Assembly: GCA_002633005.1 (NCBI GenBank)
Contig: NMRA01000012.1
Coordinates: 586,487 to 650,486 of the forward strand
Direction: 5' to 3'
DNA: 64,000 nt
From: Phoronis australis
Taxonomy: Eukaryota > Animalia > Phoronida
The position numbers were made by a program, and so were the translations under genes. The notes under the pieces are model-generated. The model was not told the DNA's origin. It did no database searches and saw only the letters and a program-made list of their open reading frames with translations. Position 1 is the stretch's first letter, and each line of letters begins with the position of its first letter. This document shows positions 28,201 to 40,800 of this stretch, one piece after another.

Positions 28201-31200
28201 AAATTTCAAGCGTTCTAATTCTAACCTTTAGCTTGAAACTTCAATAGTACTTGTTTATTTGTTTAATAGCCTTATGTTAACTTTTGGATTTACCTGAGCA
28301 ATCCAAACAAAAAGGAGAGTTCTGATGAATGACCATGTGCCATGATCTCAGCTAATACCCAGTGGGCCCTTCATTGTACACCTGTGCACTAATCCTTGAT
28401 GGACATACCAGGGGAACAGGTGGAAAATACCTGAGTCACATTGTCCAGTAGAAGATTAAAAACCAAGACTACATGGATTGAGGGATGTGCCCTACAGTCC
28501 AGCTTAGTGGTCACAATCATTAATGGCATTATGGTCAGCCTTTATCATCAACCTACAGACCAGTAAATTGAGCTGAATCCAAATCAGTGATAGCATGCTT
28601 GTTGTGAGTTCAGTTGAACTTAACTTAGTACACTAGCACTAGACAATGCCAAGCTCACAACACAATGTTAGATACACCTGACATCGATGGCAAATAGAGA
28701 GCTTGTGAAATCATTCCATTTCTCAGCCAGGGCAACACTGTCACCGGATGTCATGACATGCCAGCCTGTTATTTTATCTCACAACACCCACAAGACTGGA
28801 CTGAATGAAGCATAGCAAATAAACAGTAATTTCATGGAAGTTAGGATTATGTAACAACAAGATAAGCGACAAAGCTAGGGCAAAGTGAACTGAGGCACAG
28901 AATGAAGGTAAAAATTGGTGCTGTTTCATCTCGCATATTCAGGAGAAAAAAAAGCAGATTCATCACATGTAAAAATATGAAATCTAATCAACTTTTTGGA
29001 ACTACCCTGGATTCATATAAAAATTTACAAAACATACGAAGACATGAAATTCAATGAAACCATGACACAGCTAACCAACACCAATAATTTGTGTCAAGAC
29101 TAATTGCAGATCAGAACCAAGAGGTGCAATTTACATTGTTGGCACTGTTCAGGCAATTTAAAAACAGTTTTGTGAATTCAGAATCCACATCCCAGACAAT
29201 AGAATTCATTTGTCAAGTGGGAAAAAACTGTAAATTTCACAGGCCATCTAAGATGTCGTAAAGCTGAGCAACCACAATTTTTTTAAGGAAAAATATCTAC
29301 GTAGCCCCTAAAAATGGCATGCTGACTTAATGTTTTATTATTTTTGTTACACCATTTAAATCCATCTACAAATCTGGTGTGAAATCCAAATGAAGAGCAT
29401 TGTACAATAAAGAGATCTTAAACACAAGGTGGACTGTCTACCTGTAACAAGGCACCCAACAGAGGCATTAACCCATGGATTGGGAGTAATTCTTTTGTTA
29501 CCTATGGCTGACAGTTTCTAACTGCATCAGTTTATTATACCCATCACCTATCAACACACAGCTATATAGACAGAGCACTTCTTCAACAACACACCAGTCC
29601 CAATGGCTCTATATCACCATCAAAGGAATATCATTACAAACTACAGAAATAAATTCGCAACATCATTACCCAAAACAATATTTCGACTTGATCAGACAGC
29701 AACAGTTGGTGATATATGCTTTGGATTGCTTTGTGTTCATAGGCAAGATAGTAGGGGCTATAAATAAAGTGGTAGGACATCTAAACAGAGACAGTTTAAC
29801 AACAGGGACTACCATCAGTAGAGGTGTGATGTAACTAGCCTGGTTTAGCTACTCTTGACTACAATACATGTGTCACAACTGGTAGTTCAGATCATAGCTG
29901 GTTGCTACATTTGGATGTCCATTAAATAGAAATAAAGAGATGTCGCTCACACAGACTTTTAACTTGTCAAGCACTGGGTACATAAACCACTAAAATTATG
30001 ACAAAATTTAAGTTGGTGGTAGGTCTTCGCCAACTCATACTCTATAAATTGAAAACTTCGATTAGAAACATTTTTTAAAATCTAAAAACTCATTTCAGAA
30101 GAAGTATAACACAAACATACTTCAAAACTCTTCAATTTTGGACAACAGACAAGTGAAGTTATATCTCTTCATTTTTTCTATTCAAAATAAGAAGCTTCAG
30201 CTAAACTCCCCCTCATATCCAAGTACTAGACCATGACTTCCATCAGACAATGATTAACATTCATTACAACAATGTTAAAAGCTTTTGAAAAATGAAAACA
30301 ACATTTTGGCAACAGTAGCGCGTCTTAACAGAAAATAAATAGAACGCAACAATTTTTGATAAAATATGGAGTAATGTCCCTTGCTACAAATGCCAAGCCA
30401 GCTTTAACACATGCAGTTGGTAATGAATGCCCTTAAGATACGAAATAGGAACCGTATATTATCTATACATTTAAACAATCGCAGGTCCAGTATTAGTTAT
30501 AGATCCTTTTACAAGACCATAAAGGATTAACGATTTCCTCCTCAAATTCAATTTGTCAGAGTATTTGAAACATCAGGAAAAATATTCATTCACCACGATA
30601 GTTTACCTTAGCTGTACGGATCAACTAAAAGCAATCTATTATGGATCATTCCTACCAAAAAACTACCAATTCATAATACACAAGCAGATTTCAAGTACCA
30701 TATTTATTAAACAACAACTGGTTGATCATTTGTTCCATGATTTGCTTTTGCAATGTTAGAACTAAGGATTGTCTAGCAACAGAATTGGACCTTTTTATAT
30801 GATGTTTTTTAAATTATCCAAATCCTCTGATGGTGGTTGACCACTTGAATTAGTAATTATTTCAATCCTCTATGAACCCAATTGTAACCCACTCTTTATT
30901 GATCAGGTAATGGATATAAATTCTGAACAGCTTGATTGATTTTATAGCCCCTCAACCATTATTTCCATACTTTATGGTTAGGAATCAAAATGGTTCACAA
31001 ATGTCTCAACAAAACCCCCAATAAAATCAATGGAACTGCTTGTGTCCGAAAACAAACATTGCAGACTCGGTGATTCAGAATGACTGTGTGAATGGGTGAA
31101 CCGTCGGGACCAGGTCACACTCGATACATTACCTTGGAGCATTTGTTCGAGTTTTCGTCGATCCACGCGAAATCTTTCTTCATAGGCATCTGGATCGACT

Positions 31201-31310
31201 TCTTTACTTTCTTCCAAATCTTCTTGAGGTGAGGCGGGACTCATTTCGCCTTCTGGACTTGTGTAATGTATCGTCCTCATGACTGCACTGCCGACTGTCT
31301 GCTCCGCCAT
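1123..31310 (-). CDS. BICC1: Bicaudal-C homolog (KH/SAM RNA-binding protein), 5' part; join(31133..31310, 25025..25071, 20363..20432, 1962..2041, 1123..1281), continues past the window start
   Basis: Five exons with GT-AG introns and consistent phases (1,0,1,0,0) splice to MAEQ...YEERFRVDRRKLEQMLQG-GCENDKQKAEDFFIK-VMEDTDTQITWPSKLKIGAKSKK-DPHIKVAGKPEDVRRARELIMAVLDTK-SNRVTLKMDVSHTEHSHVIGKGGNNIKRVMADTGCHIHFPDSNRGTQGEKSNQ. This is the recognisable Bic-C N-terminus with a KH GKGG loop. Confidence 0.96.
1962..2041 (-). CDS. BICC1: BICC1 coding exon 4 (80 nt)
   Basis: Acceptor TTCTTTCAG, donor AAG|GTATG; encodes DPHIKVAGKPEDVRRARELIMAVLDTK. Confidence 0.95.
4177..4612 (-). mobile_element. Degenerate HINE-like copy related to the 50.6-52.5 kb element
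   Basis: Begins AACAAGAGC..ATGCACCCAC..TGCATCGC, matching the reverse complement of the 3' end at about 52472-52517. The far boundary is approximate. Confidence 0.5.
7611..7716. repeat. About 105-bp imperfect palindrome, member of a small dispersed family
   Basis: AATAGCCTGCTATAATGTGCCCACAATTTGAGAACCAGTT pairs with AACTGGTTCCCAAAATGTGGGCATGTTATATCCGACTATT; a related partial copy lies at 11839-11912. Confidence 0.7.
12510..12608. mobile_element. Short Tc1/mariner (pogo/Tc2-like) MITE
   Basis: CCGTATTCGCCTGAGTTACCGCC ... GGCGGTAACCCGGACGAGTACGG followed by TA; the left flank is CA, a presumed mutated TA. Confidence 0.6.
20363..20432 (-). CDS. BICC1: BICC1 coding exon 3 (70 nt)
   Basis: Acceptor CTGACCAG, donor G|GTAAGT; encodes VMEDTDTQITWPSKLKIGAKSKK. 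Confidence 0.95.
21585..22019. mobile_element. Tc1/mariner-type MITE in BICC1 intron 2
   Basis: TIRs CTGTATTGCTGCGCCATTAGG and CCTAAAGGCGCAGCAACACAG (19/21 complementary), flanked by TA on both sides. Confidence 0.75.
25025..25071 (-). CDS. BICC1: BICC1 coding exon 2 (47 nt)
   Basis: Acceptor TTTTCTTTACAG, donor AAG|GTAATG; encodes GCENDKQKAEDFFIK, matching the conserved EDFF motif. Confidence 0.9.
31133..31310 (-). CDS. BICC1: BICC1 coding exon 1 (178 nt)
   Basis: ATG at 31310 (MAEQTVG...); encodes EERFRVDRRKLEQMLQ; donor G|GTAATG. The start codon choice is inferred (another in-frame Met lies at 31280). Confidence 0.88.
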
Positions 31311-31985
31311 CTCATACTTGTTGTCATACCGAATCACTTCCGTATTCGCGCACTTCCTATCTACTTGCGTCAACAAATTAGAGCAAAAATTATCTCCTTA
31401 TTAGTAGCTACATAAATCTTTCATAACCTTGAGAATTTAAACTCGTCAACATAACAATTAACATGATTTTTTTTAGTTTTCTTCTCGTGAAATTTTACAT
31501 TGTAGAAAAAATAACCACATTCCGATGCGTATGAATATCAATAAAGGAAGCGTGCCAAGAAAAAACATTCGAACAATTATGAATGAAGTAAAATATTGCC
31601 TTTTGAGGCTTTCGATTTGTGTGCAGTGAAAATTGTAGCAACAGTTATTGCAATGAAACAACAGGCTAGAACGATGATAACATATGTGTCAAGATCGAAA
31701 GAACTATGACGAAGTAACTTTTCGGTACCGGTATCAAATTTTCAACGAAGTCCATCAGTGGACTTACCAGTCACGCTTGCAACGGCAAGCGGCAATAACA
31801 TACTTAAGCGCAAAGCTAACGGGAGATAACATTACAGTGACGTGCCGTGGCGTACATTTAATAAATAACGAGCATCTTCAGTCTCATGCTGCATTCAACC
31901 GAATTACGACTTCAATGAAAAACGTTTTCTGTGATTCACCGTGTCATTAATGCTCTACCTAAACGTGATGGCTATGGAAAGTAAA

Positions 31986-32345
31986 TTAGTAAGTAGGGCC
32001 TAAGTAAGTAAAACGTTTATTTTAAATCGGTATGGGTGAATAAAACTAAAGAAACATTATCACAAGTGCTAGTTACCGATGAAAATACATGTGTAGAAAA
32101 TGTTCACAGAAAGGTGTAGAAGAATACATGCAGAAAGAACATTGATAAATAACTATGTAAACAAGCATAGTCAAAACCGTAACGGTTGTCCACATGAAGC
32201 AGAAGACATGAACAACATCGAATATATTCCTGGCACTCACAGTCTTCCTTAACAAAATTCGAAACCATGCACTTAAATTTTGTCAGGTCATTGCAACTTC
32301 TAATTGATTTAAGCAATTTATTCCACAAAGAACATGCGCGCACCC
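31986..32345 (-). mobile_element. 3' end of a CR1/L2-type LINE
   Basis: Minus-frame SLWNKLLKSIRSCNDLTKFK resembles the LINE ORF2 C-terminal WNxLPxxIR...FK signature; followed by a 3' UTR, AATAAA and a short (TTAC)n tail. Confidence 0.55.
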
Positions 32346-34681
32346 AGCCTAAAATATAGGGGGCTCGAATTTTTGAGAGACCCCTGGGTGCGCGCATGGA
32401 GAAACAACTCGACTGTGTATGAAGTGAAGTCGTAAATAAAAGTTGAATCATCGGCTGACAAAATTCAACTGGTTCTGTTTTGTGATAAACTAAACTTTGT
32501 CGGGAAACTTAAACATTTCGGAATAATACGCCCATGTGTCAATTGTGTCATGGTATTTGGATTGTTTTTTAACGCAGTAGGTCTATGCCTTCATAATGGG
32601 AAATTGACTAGCCCATGGGCTGCATGACTGCTGTAGGACAACCTGTATACCCCAAATGACCCCCCAAAATGACCCGCTTTTTACTTCCAATATCTTAGTG
32701 GTTAATTGACCAGCAACTATGAAAGTTGGAACAAGGTGATTTAAATTAATTTTCCTTAAGGCCGAGGAGTGAAATACTTTAAACATCTTATTAGAACGGC
32801 GAAGAAGTCGTAATACCATTCATTTCAGTCAACCCGACTATGTGGCCTCCAGTTCGTCAATAACCAAAGTCTTTTCTTCAAAATCCTTTTTTAATTATTT
32901 TTTCGAGTAATCGTTCCTCATAAAACATTTTGTTCATCAGATCTGTACTCTCTTCCCCGATACAACCATGACTCTCTAATCGTGTAAAATCGCCTTTACT
33001 CGGCTTTGAGGAAAACGATCAAATCCACCTCCCCGTTTTCATTATTCTGAATTTTTTCGTTCCATTTTAGTTCTGGTAACACTTATTAAAATTTTTAATT
33101 TCGTGAGAGACGCTTTTGACACCTAAAACTTATCAAAAGTTTATTGTATTTGTCATAGATTGATATGTACCACATCAAACAAATCCCATTGAAATTTTGC
33201 CCTGTGACTGGCAATGAATTGAAGTTACACGCTCTTCTAAATTTCACTAGTATCGTAATAAATCACTCAAATGTTAGGTGTGAGGCTTTTTCGGGACAGA
33301 TTTAATGTTTATTAAAATACATTGTTTAACAAGAAATTTGTGTAATTCGAAAGGATCACGAGACGAAGATTCTTATCTTGGGGTGCTCCATAGTTTGATA
33401 TTTTCTCTTGTGCCCAATAGTTTTTACTAAAGCCACTCTTATGTAAATGAATGACTCCACGGATTTCATTCATTACAGATCAAACATGATCTACAACCCA
33501 GTTCTCAAAATACTTTTTAACTGTGCACATTATGTTTGCTTCATCATTTCGAAAAAAAAGGAAAAGTATATGATTACATTTATCATGTATTGTTTATCAT
33601 GGACACTTAATTAGTAATATTAGTAAAACGCTAGTACACGAGTCGTCATTCAATGAATTTCTTCAAAACTTTAGATTGCAATACTTGAGACGGAATTTCC
33701 ATTCAGAAGGATTCTGAAACTTTAACATCAAACCTAGAATCATCACGTTCTTGAAAAAATTCTTCATCACATAGACTTTATTTTCAATGCCATGCAAAAC
33801 CGGCACTTAAGGAAATCCTAGGGCTGGTCAGACTGAGCCCTTCTAAATATTGACCGTTTATAATTAGTGGGTCTCGAAGATTAAACCAAAAAGCATAATC
33901 GATTTTGATCTGTACCCCAATTCATTTTAATACCTGCACTCATTGACTAAACGTGAACCTTTGGTTCAATTTCAGCCAAAATTGGTGTTTTTTGTTGCTT
34001 TAGTGAAAATATGGAAGTTCTGAAACGAATGGTTTGCTAAGTGATGAATATAAAAAAGCCTCACATCATCGTTTTACGATGACTTTTTAGAAAATGAGCA
34101 ACAAAAACACCGAACCAACGGGTCGATTTTCAAAAAATCACAGACCAGAACCAATTATATTTTTGTGGATCAATGCCGAAAACAGTGCTATCATGCGAGG
34201 GAACTTTTAATTCAGTTTGATACTTCTAATTAGGAAATTTATTGATTTTACGTTTATCAATGTGAGCATAAAGGAAATGCAGCTATGATTTTCAGTTTGA
34301 AAACACAAGAAAAATGCATGAAATTATTACATTAGAACTAATAACCTAATAACTAAATAAACAATACTGATTAAACTGGATCTAGATAAACTCTCTTTTC
34401 AAAAATTTATATGACGCCATCTCCATGCGTTCACTTTCTTTTATCATTCGGGTGATGTTTTCTTTTTCGAAAGTCAAATGTGGATCCCGATTATGACAGT
34501 TTCACCCATCTCATACTCAGCGTTCCTGGGCGTTTGCAGGACAGGGATGCATTTTGCTCATCTCTTCTAAGATGTGTCAATTTTTCGAGTCAACTTTCTA
34601 AATGGGTGGGCATCCAAACAAACTTGACGCCGAAATAGAAAATCATTTTACGCCCTGACCTGTTGGGCTGGCATCTGGTGA

Positions 34682-34764
34682 CCAATGAATGAACTGCATT
34701 TAATCGAAAACTGTCAATCGGCAGACCACTTCCGATATGAAAATAGATCCGCGGTAAACATAAA
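34682..34764 (+). promoter_or_regulatory. Putative PRIMPOL proximal promoter / 5' leader
   Basis: CCAAT at 34682-34686 and an ETS-like ACTTCCG at 34728-34734 in a locally CpG-richer stretch just upstream of the ATG. Motif-level evidence only. Confidence 0.35.
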
Positions 34765-34835
34765 ATGTCAAAACAAGAAAAGTTGCCAAGTTTGTCAATT
34801 AATTCATTTTACGGAAAGCGCAAGCAAAGATCGAG
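34765..34835 (+). CDS. PRIMPOL: PRIMPOL exon 1
   Basis: AAAATG start; MSKQEKLPSLSINSFYGKRKQRS; phase-2 donor AG|GTAATA matches the phase-2 acceptor at 38461. Least conserved exon, so less certain. Confidence 0.75.
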
Positions 34836-37800
34836 GTAATAAACGCATTAAAGCTTAGTTCCCAAGCTGACATTTGAGGATTGGGAGCACACTTTTAGCT
34901 TTACCTCCGGTGCTGGTAGACACACAGGCGCCGGAGGTTTAGCCAAAGGCGTCCTCAGCTTCTGATCGCGTCCCCAATACACTACATGTAATACTACAAG
35001 GTATGACACTGGGGACTAGAAATTCCACGGGTGCTTCGATTCCGCAGCCCATATCAAACACATAACTCAATAAATTTCCCAAAACGGGTTCAACAAACCA
35101 TGAGAAATTGTTCTTTCTTATAATACAATTCACGGTGTCGTGCTCCAGCCCCGAGTCCAGCGAGTTCGCAAGAAATTCCTTGTAAAAGCACAAAAATGTT
35201 CCCAAAAAGCCCAATCACACTTTGCACTTTGTCGGTTCGAGTTCAAGGGCGGCACGGAAATTGCCGATGAATTACGGATGGACGGCGTTATCCGAGTCGA
35301 CATTGTGACTTTTCAACGAACCGACAAACCGGCAATTTCCGTACCGTGCTTGACCTCGAACGGACGAAGTGCAAAGTGTGTGAATGGTATTATAAGAAAG
35401 AACAATTTCTCATGGTTTGTTGAACCCCTGTTTTGTGTAAATTTATTGAGTTATGTGTTTGATATGGACAGCTGAATCGAAGAACCCGAGGAATTTCTAG
35501 TCCTGAGTGTCGTACCTTGTAGTATTATTATATATGTAGTGTATTGGGGATGATCAGCTGAGGACGCCTGTGGGTTTAGCCAGCCAGCTAGCTGTATGAA
35601 GACTAGATCATCAAAATACAGCTGGGTACCACTGTGTTAATCTTCCATAGACCCCGAAATTGCACACAGCGAGGGTAGCTCTGCTCGTTAACTCGCCTTG
35701 AAACTTGTATCAACATGTAAAGCTAGTAAAGACCGGATGGGGTGCATGCAAAATCTGGGAATCAACTGACACCTTGTTTGTTACAGTCGTTTAAGTGAAA
35801 AACTGCAATAAACGTCACTTTCTTGCGTGACTCTCCACCTTTTGCAACAATGAAAAGTATTTCGTCGTTTTGAAATCAGTATGCTCGTGTTATACGCACG
35901 AGCCATGTACTAAAATTTTGAGTCATTCGCAGCAGCAGAAAATTTGTGAAATTCGGTTTGCTGGTATTGAAATTCTAAAAACTTATAATGAAGTGAAACC
36001 AGTCCCGATAATTTGTTGTGACGTATACGCAACCTCATGAAAGAACAACAGTTGATTGAAGAATCAGCAAAAAAAGAAACTGGCCACTAGGTGAAGCAAT
36101 ATTTCATGGCGCCGAAAGTCATCGCTGAAGATCGCTCCACAACTTTAGCAGCAGAATAACGGTAGAACGCCATTTGTTCCAACACGGTTAAATGATTTAG
36201 TTTATCCAAGGAAGACTGTAGTTTGTAATGACACTAATTTTGTGTCAGATTTTATCTTACCACTTTTTTAACCACATCGGCAAAAATATCACTATATATT
36301 ATGTATAATACTATATATATATATATATAGTGTACTGTGGGCGACCAGAAGCAAGATAAGGATGCCTATGCAAGTGGCGTAGTTGGCAAACAAATGATAT
36401 CAAAGAAGCACTGCCAACTATAGTAACCTTGGTCAGCGCTCATGGCATGGTGTCTATGGTGATGCTATTAGTTGCAGAATCAAGGACCTATATGAGAGAC
36501 AACTTTGTGTTCACCTGTGTTGTGATGGTAAAGGCACAAAGGAAAGTTAATCACCTGTATTGCAGACAGTCTGGTGTTCACCTTCCCTTTCTGTAGGAAA
36601 GGAGGAATGTTATAGTTGTGCTTCTGGTGAATCATATGAGCCGTTAGCCACTAGCTAACAGGCAATTGCCTATTAGTTGGCACACTTGCTGGTTTTATCG
36701 GGGTCACTGGTTCGATTCCCGTCTTGTCGGGTAATCTAGGCTATTACTATACTTCGCTGCTTTGGGAACTCTGCTCTACTGGAGTTAATGAGAGGGGGCA
36801 CTGTGTTTGCCACCAGCCGGCAATGACTGGTTAATATTACATTCGTTAATATTTTGTTCTTATTTAGACGGTATAAGTATTATGTTTCAATTTATCCATG
36901 TATTTGCTGGATTCTTTACACTAAAAAAGTCACTGACTGTATGGCGTATGCAGTACAAGTTCCTACCATTCGCCAAACCGTCTTTGTTTGAATCAGCTGT
37001 TAGCCTACTTCATATTCAATGTTTTTTGATATGTGATCTAATACAGCGACGTTGGCGTCTTCGGAGAATGGTCAAATAATGCATTAGCTGACAGTGTATG
37101 GTCCATACTTGTAAAAGGTGAAGGTCATATTAGCGTCACCTTACACTAACAGAATTAGTTTTCTGAATTATTCCGAAGCTGATGGGGACAGTATTGCTTA
37201 ACTTTGTGGTTAACCACAGTTTACATCAAAACTTCAATGGTAGCGGAGATAACTCTATGGGGAAAGGTCTCAAGTTGTTGTAATAATTTTGATTACTGTA
37301 TAACTTGATTTCCGGCGCTGACGTACTGTCCAATAAAGTCTCTCCAAATTCGCTTGCGCCAAGCGCCAATTTCCTTTTAGCTGGATGGTTTGAACTCTCG
37401 ACTATCACGCTGTGAACCCTGGTTTAAGTGTAGGTGGCGGCGCACCCTAATATAGCCTGTATGCCAGAAGCTTATTGGCAAATTATGCCTCACAGTGACT
37501 AGACCATCAAAGTCACAGTACAATAATTACTTTATGAGTTGTGGCTTATGATTGTGGGTACACACTTTTGTGAGTCAAATGAGTTGTCCTTTATCACTTG
37601 TAAAACTTGACTTGATAGATTTTCTCTTTGGTGACACTATTCCAGTGTTCGAATAGGTGTCAAAAATGTGTACACTTACAGTGTCTTGCACTACAATTAT
37701 AATTGCTCTTAGAGGCGGGTGGAGAAAGTGCCAGTCTGGTGGTGGTGGATCCTGACCATAACGACAAATTCCAGAACGAGGGTGAGTTGTGCTGACGTCA

Positions 37801-40800
37801 AATTCCAGGACGCTAGGGTGTTGTTGAGGCTCCCATTCCGCAGAAGGGAAAGAGTGTTGTATCATGTGACTTCTGGGCTTGTTGTACAATTCAATAAATC
37901 CTCTCTAAATCATGTGCCAAGCGACAATTCATAGCAGAATGGTTTAGACACTCAGCCAACACATTGGGAACCCTGTGGTCCATGTAGGTATTGAGACTTG
38001 AACAAACCCAGCATGCTGCGGCGTGGGAGCCAAACGTCAGGTCGGCCAACAGACAATTGCTTACAGATATTTGCAAGCAATATGGAGAGTCTTTATCAAA
38101 TCTGCGTCACACTCGGAAATCATGTGATACAATGCTCCTTCCACGAAACCGGTACACCATCTTGGTACTCATCTCAGCAACACCCCTAGTATCACGAAAT
38201 TAGCCCTTAGCAACTCTGGATCCACCACTACCAGGCAGCTCTCTCTCCATCTGCCACTTGCCATTTATGTCAGTTTACACAGCTTTTGAAAAAAGGTCTT
38301 TCAGCATTTGAAATGAAATATAGACTAGTTTTCATTGTGTTGTTTCACAATTAAGTGAAGTCCATACGTACTTGTCTACTGTTGTTTCCTGAGACTCTTC
38401 TCAGTGACAATAAGCCTGCTGCAATTTGATGATTCCAAGGTTAATTTTTGTTGGTTTTAGGATAGACTGGGAGACGAGACTGGAACACGCTGAAAGGAAA
38501 CTGAAGACGGCACCTGTGATAAAGCAGTACAGGTCCAGGTAAATGCCAGATCTTGAGTTTACTTATAATTTTGCTATTGTGGGGTATCCAGGCTTTTTTG
38601 ACTGTGTTGTACTTACCTGTTGCCATGGAGTCAGAAGTGGATTTACTAGTTCTCAAGTACCTTATGGACACTGTTAAGAGTGAGCTGACGAACTAAAACA
38701 ACATGCTCATTCAAATCACATCACAAGTTTCTATTTTGTGTTTTTATATGTCCACGTAAATGGTCCTGCTCTGATGTGTCTACTGCCATTTAGCAATTTC
38801 TTGTCAATCTGCTTTTTTAATGGAGCAATGGAGTTTGGAACATCTATTGCATCTTTTCTTTGAAATAAGTTGTTTTTGACATCAGAAAATGGTTTGTAGC
38901 AGCTTTAAATTTGTATAACCAGTCATGTGAAACTACCATATGCGCGTATTTTAAATCCATGCGCCTATATTTGAAATAGTGGATTTTTCAAAAAGTTCTT
39001 GCTTAAATGTTTTGCACATATGCGCATGCTCCTGATCTTCACTTAAGGTTAACTCCAAATTTATCTAGTGGCCTTCATTCTAACTCATATATCAAAAAAC
39101 CAGGCTATGTCAACTCGTAAAACTATATATTTTATGAAAGAAAAAAGATCAAAGATTATAAAAATATGTTTTGTATTGATGTACCATTATTATTATTATT
39201 ATTACGTTAACATCTTTTTAAGTCAAAATTTCATTTTTAAGAAGGGTACATCCACAGCAACCCCTTGGTAGATTTTAATGAAACCCTTTTTAAATGAAAA
39301 GTTCACAATTTACATCAAAAACGCTGTTAGGAATCTTCAATTATTCATTTAGTTTAATTTGTTTCTGTCAAATTGACTGGCATAACGTAAGGTATTTTTG
39401 TAAAAATTGAAGTTGTCATCTATCTTAAGGTACGCAAAAAGTAGACGTTTAAAAGGAAAATCGCAACATTGTTTTTAAGACTGATGAAAAAATATTAACA
39501 TTGGAGTGTTTCATTGAAATTCACTGTACTGTTTTTGAGAACTAGTGTTCCTAAGTTGAAATTAAGTCGATTTGCGGAAGCTGAGAAAGCACGGAAAACA
39601 CGAGTCTTCAAAATCAGTTATCGCTTAATTATTCGGTGAAAACTTGTTTTTGGTCAATATTATTTATACGTGCCTTAACCGTGTTTGCTAATTTCAACAT
39701 TAACTCGCACTATCAACTAAATTTACAGTGCGTAATTAACTTAATTATTACTAAAACGTTTTAAATTCGTGCCTTGTGATCGAGCCTAGTTGGATCAAGG
39801 CGGGGCCAACTGTTGACGCCACAAATCGAGTGGGTAGTTAAAGCACATTGTGAGCATAATGTCAAATAACCTTTCAAATTAATGAATTTGAGTGAGTATT
39901 TATCTCTTTTCACAACTTGCTGTGTTTGTGAACACAAAGTCACAGAGTCCAGTACCGCGACTCGGACTGGGTGGATTTGTTCTCTATGTCGACGTATTTA
40001 TGCATTTTGTCTTCATTTTTCTCAGCGTCTGTCTATCCTATGTACACCTCACTGACTCAATATTATGGCGACTTGCTGAATGAAAAATATGGAACTGCCT
40101 TGTATTCTTCTTTCATAGGTCTTGGAATGCTTATGTCTAATTTTTTCAAAGTTGATGTTGCCCCTTCAAGTGTGTAAATCAATTCTCAATCATTGTTATT
40201 TTTGTATTTCAGGTTGGATGCTCCCTGCATCTTGAGGCAGACGTTTTACAGACAACAAGAAGCATTTGACTTTGCTCATTTGTCTTCTCAGGTTTGTGAA
40301 GTTCTGCACACAGCCTTTCACTTGAACAGAACCATGTAACTTAGCGCTGTTGTTTGATACCAGAGCTGATGCAGAACATGTTGAAATTTTGATTAGACAG
40401 CTTTTACCTTCAAGTTTTCCACGTACATACTTTGATGTTTTTAGAGTCGATTTCCCTTTATTTGGTGACCCGTGAAACTGCAGCTCCTTGATGTCTGTTT
40501 GCAGTCACGCCACCTCACATAGTTTTCTTGAATCCTTGAAACATCCTTATTTGTTCCTGCATTGTCAATGAACCCCATAAGAGGCCTACTGCACGATCTG
40601 TTTCGATATAGAGGTATCTAAAGGGGCTATGCCAGAATGTTGGTTTGTGACCTTGATAACCAAGTTCTAGTCAATTTAGTTATAATCGGTTAAAGTAAAA
40701 CAAGAGAAAACATAAGCCACTGACTAGTATACCGACAAATAAATATACAATCCTGCCAACTGCACTTTGACTTGCAAACCTCAGTATTGAACATATCTAG

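Noticed and set aside
34939-35475. Opposite-strand ORFs sharing IIRKNNFSWFVEP as a duplicated gene pair
   Set aside because: The shared peptide is an artefact of the inverted arms of the foldback element.
39043-39678. Kolobok-type element bounded by TTAAGG...CCTTAA
   Set aside because: Beyond TTAAGG the putative TIRs do not match. It is probably repeat-derived (weak similarity to about 58030-58500) but the boundaries cannot be supported.
39892-40177. ORFs just upstream of PrimPol exon 3 as the first coding exon
   Set aside because: No PrimPol similarity. Exons at 34765 and 38461 give correct phases and a recognisable N-terminus.
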